Source: an uncultured virus (IMG/VR IMGVR_UViG_2061766007_002030) (taxonomy: Duplodnaviria; Heunggongvirae; Uroviricota; Caudoviricetes). Taken from it: a DNA stretch of 1,807 nt. Numbering within the stretch: the first letter of the stretch is position 1; each line of letters begins with the position of its first letter. The position numbers and the translations under genes are program-made. This document shows, piece after piece, positions 1 through 1,807 of this stretch. Location: the IMG/VR virus record IMGVR_UViG_2061766007_002030; one strand, 5' to 3'. Below the pieces are notes generated by a model. The model ran no database searches. It saw nothing but the letters and a program-made list of their open reading frames with translations, and was not told the DNA's origin.

Positions 1-58
1 GGCAGTCAACTCAGACAATACCACCAGCATCGTGCTGAAATTGGGCATTACTATCTAG
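1..58 (+). CDS. 3' end (partial) of a diverged allele or paralog of ORF2, hypothetical protein (...AVNSDNTTSIVLKLGITI*)
   Basis: The frame from base 2 reads AVNSDNTTSIVLKLGITI-TAG(56-58). This matches the ORF2 C-terminus AVNSDNTTSKVLELGITI-TAG (1245-1301) at 16/18 aa, and most nucleotide differences are synonymous. Confidence 0.85.
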   Translation, partial: AVNSDNTTSIVLKLGITI

Positions 59-64
59 CTCCCT

Positions 65-97
65 GGGGGCGGACTCTGTCCGTCCCCTTTTCCCTTT
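65..97 (+). terminator. Intrinsic terminator-like hairpin after the ORF2-like gene (copy 1)
   Basis: 10-bp stem GGGGGCGGAC(65-74)/GTCCGTCCCC(78-87) with one G-U pair and loop TCT, followed by TTTTCCCTTT. It starts 7 nt after the stop codon. Confidence 0.75.
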
Positions 98-120
98 AAC
101 CTACTAATCAAGGAGTCCTT

Positions 121-201
121 ATGTCAAAGAAACCTCAACGCGTATGTCTGATAAGCAAATTACCCAAGGGACAAAAAATTGTTCACGGCGTGCTAAGTCC
201 A
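121..201 (+). CDS. 5' part of an ORF3 copy (MSKKPQRVCLISKLPKGQKIVHGVLSP...), truncated by the scaffold gap
   Basis: AAGGAG RBS at 110-115 and ATG at 121. It is 79/81 nt identical to 1425-1505, differing at 141 (synonymous) and 151 (I vs V). Confidence 0.8.
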
Positions 202-211
202 NNNNNNNNNN
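202..211. other. Scaffold gap (10 N)
   Basis: Run of 10 N. All three gaps have the same nominal size, so the true length is unknown. Confidence 0.99.
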
Positions 212-214
212 TAC

Positions 215-249
215 CTATACAAACAAACAACTCAACAAGGAGCTAGACT
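215..249 (+). promoter_or_regulatory. Conserved leader/RBS module A (CTATACAAAC...TCAACAAGGAGCTAGACT-ATG)
   Basis: SD AAGGAG at 237-242, 7 nt before ATG 250. 232-252 matches 849-869 at 19/21 nt, 215-224 is identical to 836-845, and 231-244 is identical to 1697-1710. Confidence 0.85.
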
Positions 250-744
250 ATGAAAGAAATTGAACTGTTTGACAGCGACCGTTCTGTTAGCCTTGATGAA
301 ATCAAGGACTACTGCAAGAACAATGAAAGGGAAGTCCCTACCGAGGGTTCTCAAGATTACTATAATATCGTGTCCGAAATTCAGCGCTGGGATATGGAAG
401 ACTTCCAGTCCGACTGTGCCTTGCACTTCGACCTCGGACAGTGCCTCGTGGCTGGCTACGCTGGCTTGTGGTACGGTAACGCCGCTGGCGGCAAGGTAAT
501 GACCATCAACAGTGGAGCCGACCTCTTCTGTATGGATGTAGACCGCTTGCGTGTGGTGCTAGAGGACGACGGTCTGGTGCTCTACGGCTACCATCACGAC
601 GGAACGAACCGCTATGTGGTGCGCCAGCTGAACGAGAGGGGCAAGGCTCTCGTGGACAAGCACGGCGACGAACACACGGCGGAATTCCACAACCGTTTGC
701 GTAAGCTATCACGCAAAGTAACCAAGAAAATGATAGGACTATAA
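250..744 (+). CDS. Hypothetical protein ORF1, 164 aa, with GLWxG and HHDGTN motifs; resembles an uncharacterised phage/MGE protein family
   Basis: Long ORF with a strong RBS and a terminator immediately after TAA(742-744). It has an acidic N-terminus and a basic C-terminus. The family resemblance is from recall of the GLWxG...HHDGTN motif pair and has not been verified by search. Confidence 0.9.
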   Translation: MKEIELFDSDRSVSLDEIKDYCKNNEREVPTEGSQDYYNIVSEIQRWDMEDFQSDCALHFDLGQCLVAGYAGLWYGNAAGGKVMTINSGADLFCMDVDRLRVVLEDDGLVLYGYHHDGTNRYVVRQLNERGKALVDKHGDEHTAEFHNRLRKLSRKVTKKMIGL

Positions 745-747
745 CCG

Positions 748-774
748 AGGGGCGCAAGCCCCTTTTTCTTTTTT
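748..774 (+). terminator. Rho-independent terminator after ORF1
   Basis: Stem AGGGGC(748-753)/GCCCCT(758-763) with a GNRA tetraloop GCAA, followed by TTTTCTTTTTT. It begins 4 nt after the stop codon. Confidence 0.92.
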
Positions 775-792
775 ATACAAATATAATTTTCG

Positions 793-821
793 ACTGGCAG
801 TATTGACACGGGACTGCCAGT
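793..821. promoter_or_regulatory. Pair of palindromic operator-like boxes ACTG(G/C)CAGT flanking the -35 element
   Basis: ACTGGCAGT (793-801) and ACTGCCAGT (813-821) are each an interrupted palindrome and are exact reverse complements of each other. Their centres are 20 bp apart. The operator role is inferred. Confidence 0.65.
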
Positions 822-831
822 TTGTTATATT
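803..831 (+). promoter_or_regulatory. Near-consensus sigma70/sigmaA promoter for ORF2
   Basis: Perfect -35 TTGACA (803-808), 17-nt spacer, extended -10 TG (823-824), -10 TATATT (826-831), and an AT-rich tract upstream. The predicted start is near 837-839. Confidence 0.88.
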
Positions 832-835
832 TACT

Positions 836-866
836 CTATACAAACGAATCAATAAGGAGCTAGAAT
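836..866 (+). promoter_or_regulatory. Conserved leader/RBS module B (CTATACAAACGAATCAATAAGGAGCTAGAAT-ATG)
   Basis: SD TAAGGAG at 853-859, 7 nt before ATG 867. It is homologous to leaders A and C. Confidence 0.85.
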
Positions 867-1301
867 ATGTTAGAAAAAACCTTTATCAATCTTTCCAACG
901 CAGCATACAAGTTCATTGAAGGCAGTGGACTTGCAGACGGCACCGTGTTTGACTATCCGCTTGCCGAGCTTGACGATTTAATTACTGGCAAGGTCGGCGA
1001 CGAAGAACAGAGCCTTTATGCACGATTCGTGGACGACGACGGCGAAGTCCGCTTCGGCGAGCTTACGCAAGTCAATATCACTCGATTCGATAATCATTAT
1101 CGTCTTGAGTACGAGAAGTGCGAGGGCATTAACTCTTGCACGGTTACATACGAAGAATGCACCGTGTCTGACCTGGGCAAGGTCATTGAAAAGGCTGTGG
1201 CTGAGTATGCTGGGCTTCCGCCTCACTCTGTTGTGCGTGTGCTTGCCGTGAACTCCGACAATACCACGAGCAAGGTGCTTGAACTGGGCATTACTATCTA
1301 G
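867..1301 (+). CDS. Hypothetical acidic protein ORF2, 144 aa
   Basis: It has its own promoter, a strong RBS and a downstream hairpin. The second copy at 1-58 differs mainly at synonymous sites, which supports this reading frame. Confidence 0.9.
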   Translation: MLEKTFINLSNAAYKFIEGSGLADGTVFDYPLAELDDLITGKVGDEEQSLYARFVDDDGEVRFGELTQVNITRFDNHYRLEYEKCEGINSCTVTYEECTVSDLGKVIEKAVAEYAGLPPHSVVRVLAVNSDNTTSKVLELGITI

Positions 1302-1307
1302 CTCCCT

Positions 1308-1341
1308 GGGGGCGGACGCCCGTCCGTCCCCTTTTCCCTTT
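1308..1341 (+). terminator. Intrinsic terminator-like hairpin after ORF2 (copy 2)
   Basis: Stem GGGGGCGGAC(1308-1317)/GTCCGTCCCC(1322-1331), loop GCCC, then TTTTCCCTTT. The stem is identical to copy 1 and only the loop differs. Confidence 0.75.
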
Positions 1342-1431
1342 AACCTACTAATCAAGGAGTCCTTATGTCAANNNNNNNNNNGTCCGTCCCCTTTTTCCTT
1401 TAACCTACTAATCAAGGAGTCTTTATGTCAA
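1322..1431 (+). repeat. 50-nt near-identical duplication on either side of a scaffold gap (1322-1371 vs 1382-1431); probable contig-end overlap
   Basis: 48/50 identical (TTTTCCC vs TTTTTCC; CCTTATG vs CTTTATG) and directly abutting the N run at 1372-1381. Confidence 0.85.
1372..1381. other. Scaffold gap (10 N)
   Basis: Run of 10 N. Confidence 0.99.
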
Positions 1432-1643
1432 AGAAACCTCAACGTGTATGTCTGGTAAGCAAATTACCCAAGGGACAAAAAATTGTTCACGGCGTGCTAA
1501 GTCCATTAATTGTGGATAAGGTATCCGTGCCGGTCATATATGACCCCATTGAAAATTTAGTGATGGTGATAGACTACGGCATAGATACTGCGGTCGCCGA
1601 AAAGGCATCGGATATTTGTAGCCTATTCGGAGTCCATCTGTAG
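1425..1643 (+). CDS. Small hypothetical protein ORF3, 72 aa
   Basis: AAGGAG RBS at 1414-1419, ATG at 1425 and TAG at 1641-1643, followed by a hairpin. The second copy at 121-201 preserves the frame. Confidence 0.8.
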   Translation: MSKKPQRVCLVSKLPKGQKIVHGVLSPLIVDKVSVPVIYDPIENLVMVIDYGIDTAVAEKASDICSLFGVHL

Positions 1644-1654
1644 TACTGGCTACT

Positions 1655-1689
1655 GGACGGCGGGACTGCCCCGTCGTCCTATTATTTTT
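1655..1689 (+). terminator. Terminator-like hairpin after ORF3
   Basis: 10-bp stem GGACGGCGGG(1655-1664)/CCCGTCGTCC(1670-1679) with one G-U pair and loop ACTGC, followed by TATTATTTTT. Confidence 0.75.
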
Positions 1690-1715
1690 ATACAACCTCA
1701 ACAAGGAGCTTACAA
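1689..1715 (+). promoter_or_regulatory. Conserved leader/RBS module C (TATACAACCTCAACAAGGAGCTTACAA-ATG)
   Basis: SD AAGGAG at 1703-1708, 7 nt before ATG 1716. It shares the 14-mer CTCAACAAGGAGCT with leader A and TTTTTATACAA (1685-1695) with 770-780. Confidence 0.85.
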
Positions 1716-1807
1716 ATGAAAAGAGTGAATGTAGAAGTCAAGGGAANNNNNNNNNNGGATGAGCTCCGTCTCGACGATCTGCAGCAAGTCCTCGCTGTTC
1801 ATGTCTC
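1716..1807 (+). CDS. 5' part of hypothetical protein ORF4 (MKRVNVEVKG...gap...DELRLDDLQQVLAVHV...), running off the window
   Basis: ATG at 1716 follows the conserved RBS module. The post-gap sequence is open in the same nominal frame (from 1758), but continuity across the gap is unproven. Confidence 0.6.
   Translation, partial: MKRVNVEVKGXXXXDELRLDDLQQVLAVHV
1747..1756. other. Scaffold gap (10 N)
   Basis: Run of 10 N. Confidence 0.99.

Larger units (their letters stand above)
1..201 (+). repeat. Direct repeat copy of the ORF2-end/hairpin/ORF3-start junction (matches 1244-1371 and 1382-1505)
   Basis: Manual alignment. 1-127 vs 1244-1371 shows 10 mismatches in the first 41 nt and is then identical except for the hairpin loop. 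78-201 vs 1382-1505 shows 4 mismatches. Confidence 0.95.

Noticed and set aside
1..58. Diversity-generating retroelement TR/VR pair (1-58 vs 1244-1301, at a gene 3' end followed by a hairpin)
   Set aside because: Mismatches are not adenine-specific. Only 3 of 10 have A in copy 1 and 1 of 10 has A in copy 2, and most are synonymous changes. No reverse transcriptase is present in the window.
59..120. Integron attC sites between the cassette-like genes
   Set aside because: No paired RYYYAAC...GTTRRRY core sites bracket the hairpins, and the structures fit terminators followed by an RBS.
110..120. Palindrome AAGGA-G-TCCTT over the ORF3 RBS as a regulatory hairpin
   Set aside because: At most a 4-bp stem can form, and the third copy (AAGGAGTCTTT) breaks the perfect symmetry.
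782..787. TATAAT as the -10 of a second promoter, or a divergent minus-strand promoter implied by the inverted repeat
   Set aside because: There is no -35 at the proper spacing on either strand (CCCCTT on +, TGTCAA on -) and no extended -10 TG. It is more likely part of the AT-rich upstream tract.
232..809. Alternative ORFs 232-426(-), 260-499(+), 506-757(-), 612-809(-)
   Set aside because: They overlap ORF1, which has the RBS and terminator. They lack convincing SD sequences and have atypical composition.
978..1355. Alternative ORFs 978-1355(-) and 1018-1251(+)
   Set aside because: They are shadows of ORF2. The synonymous substitution pattern between the two ORF2 copies supports the 867-1301 frame.
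1322..1431. Genuine tandem repeat or CRISPR-like array
   Set aside because: The two 50-nt copies directly flank an N gap, which is typical of an unmerged contig overlap. There is no regular repeat-spacer periodicity and no cas genes.
1758..1807. Similarity of the post-gap peptide (LDDL, VLAVH) to ORF2 (LDDL, VLAVN)
   Set aside because: These are only 4-residue matches with incompatible spacing, which is not evidence of homology.

Overview
This is a scaffolded fragment with three 10-N gaps (202-211, 1372-1381, 1747-1756), most likely from the accessory or early region of a phage or other mobile element. That origin is inferred, since no hallmark gene is present. It holds a co-oriented (+ strand) array of small hypothetical genes: ORF1 250-744, ORF2 867-1301, ORF3 1425-1643 and the start of ORF4 at 1716. 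Bases 1-201 are a second, partly diverged copy of the ORF2-end/ORF3-start junction. Every intact junction follows one plan: stop codon, GC-rich hairpin with T-tract, A/C-rich leader, AAGGAG RBS, ATG. Three leaders share TATACAA...TCAAYAAGGAGCT. The ORF1/ORF2 junction also carries a near-consensus sigma70 promoter (TTGACA-17-TATATT, extended -10 TG) whose -35 is bracketed by two palindromic ACTG(G/C)CAGT boxes. This promoter module is flanked by 8-bp TATACAAA direct repeats, and the ORF3/ORF4 junction looks like the same site without it. The best hypothesis is a modular gene-cassette array shuffled by recombination between conserved regulatory spacers. Part of the duplication is probably an assembly artefact from strain variants.
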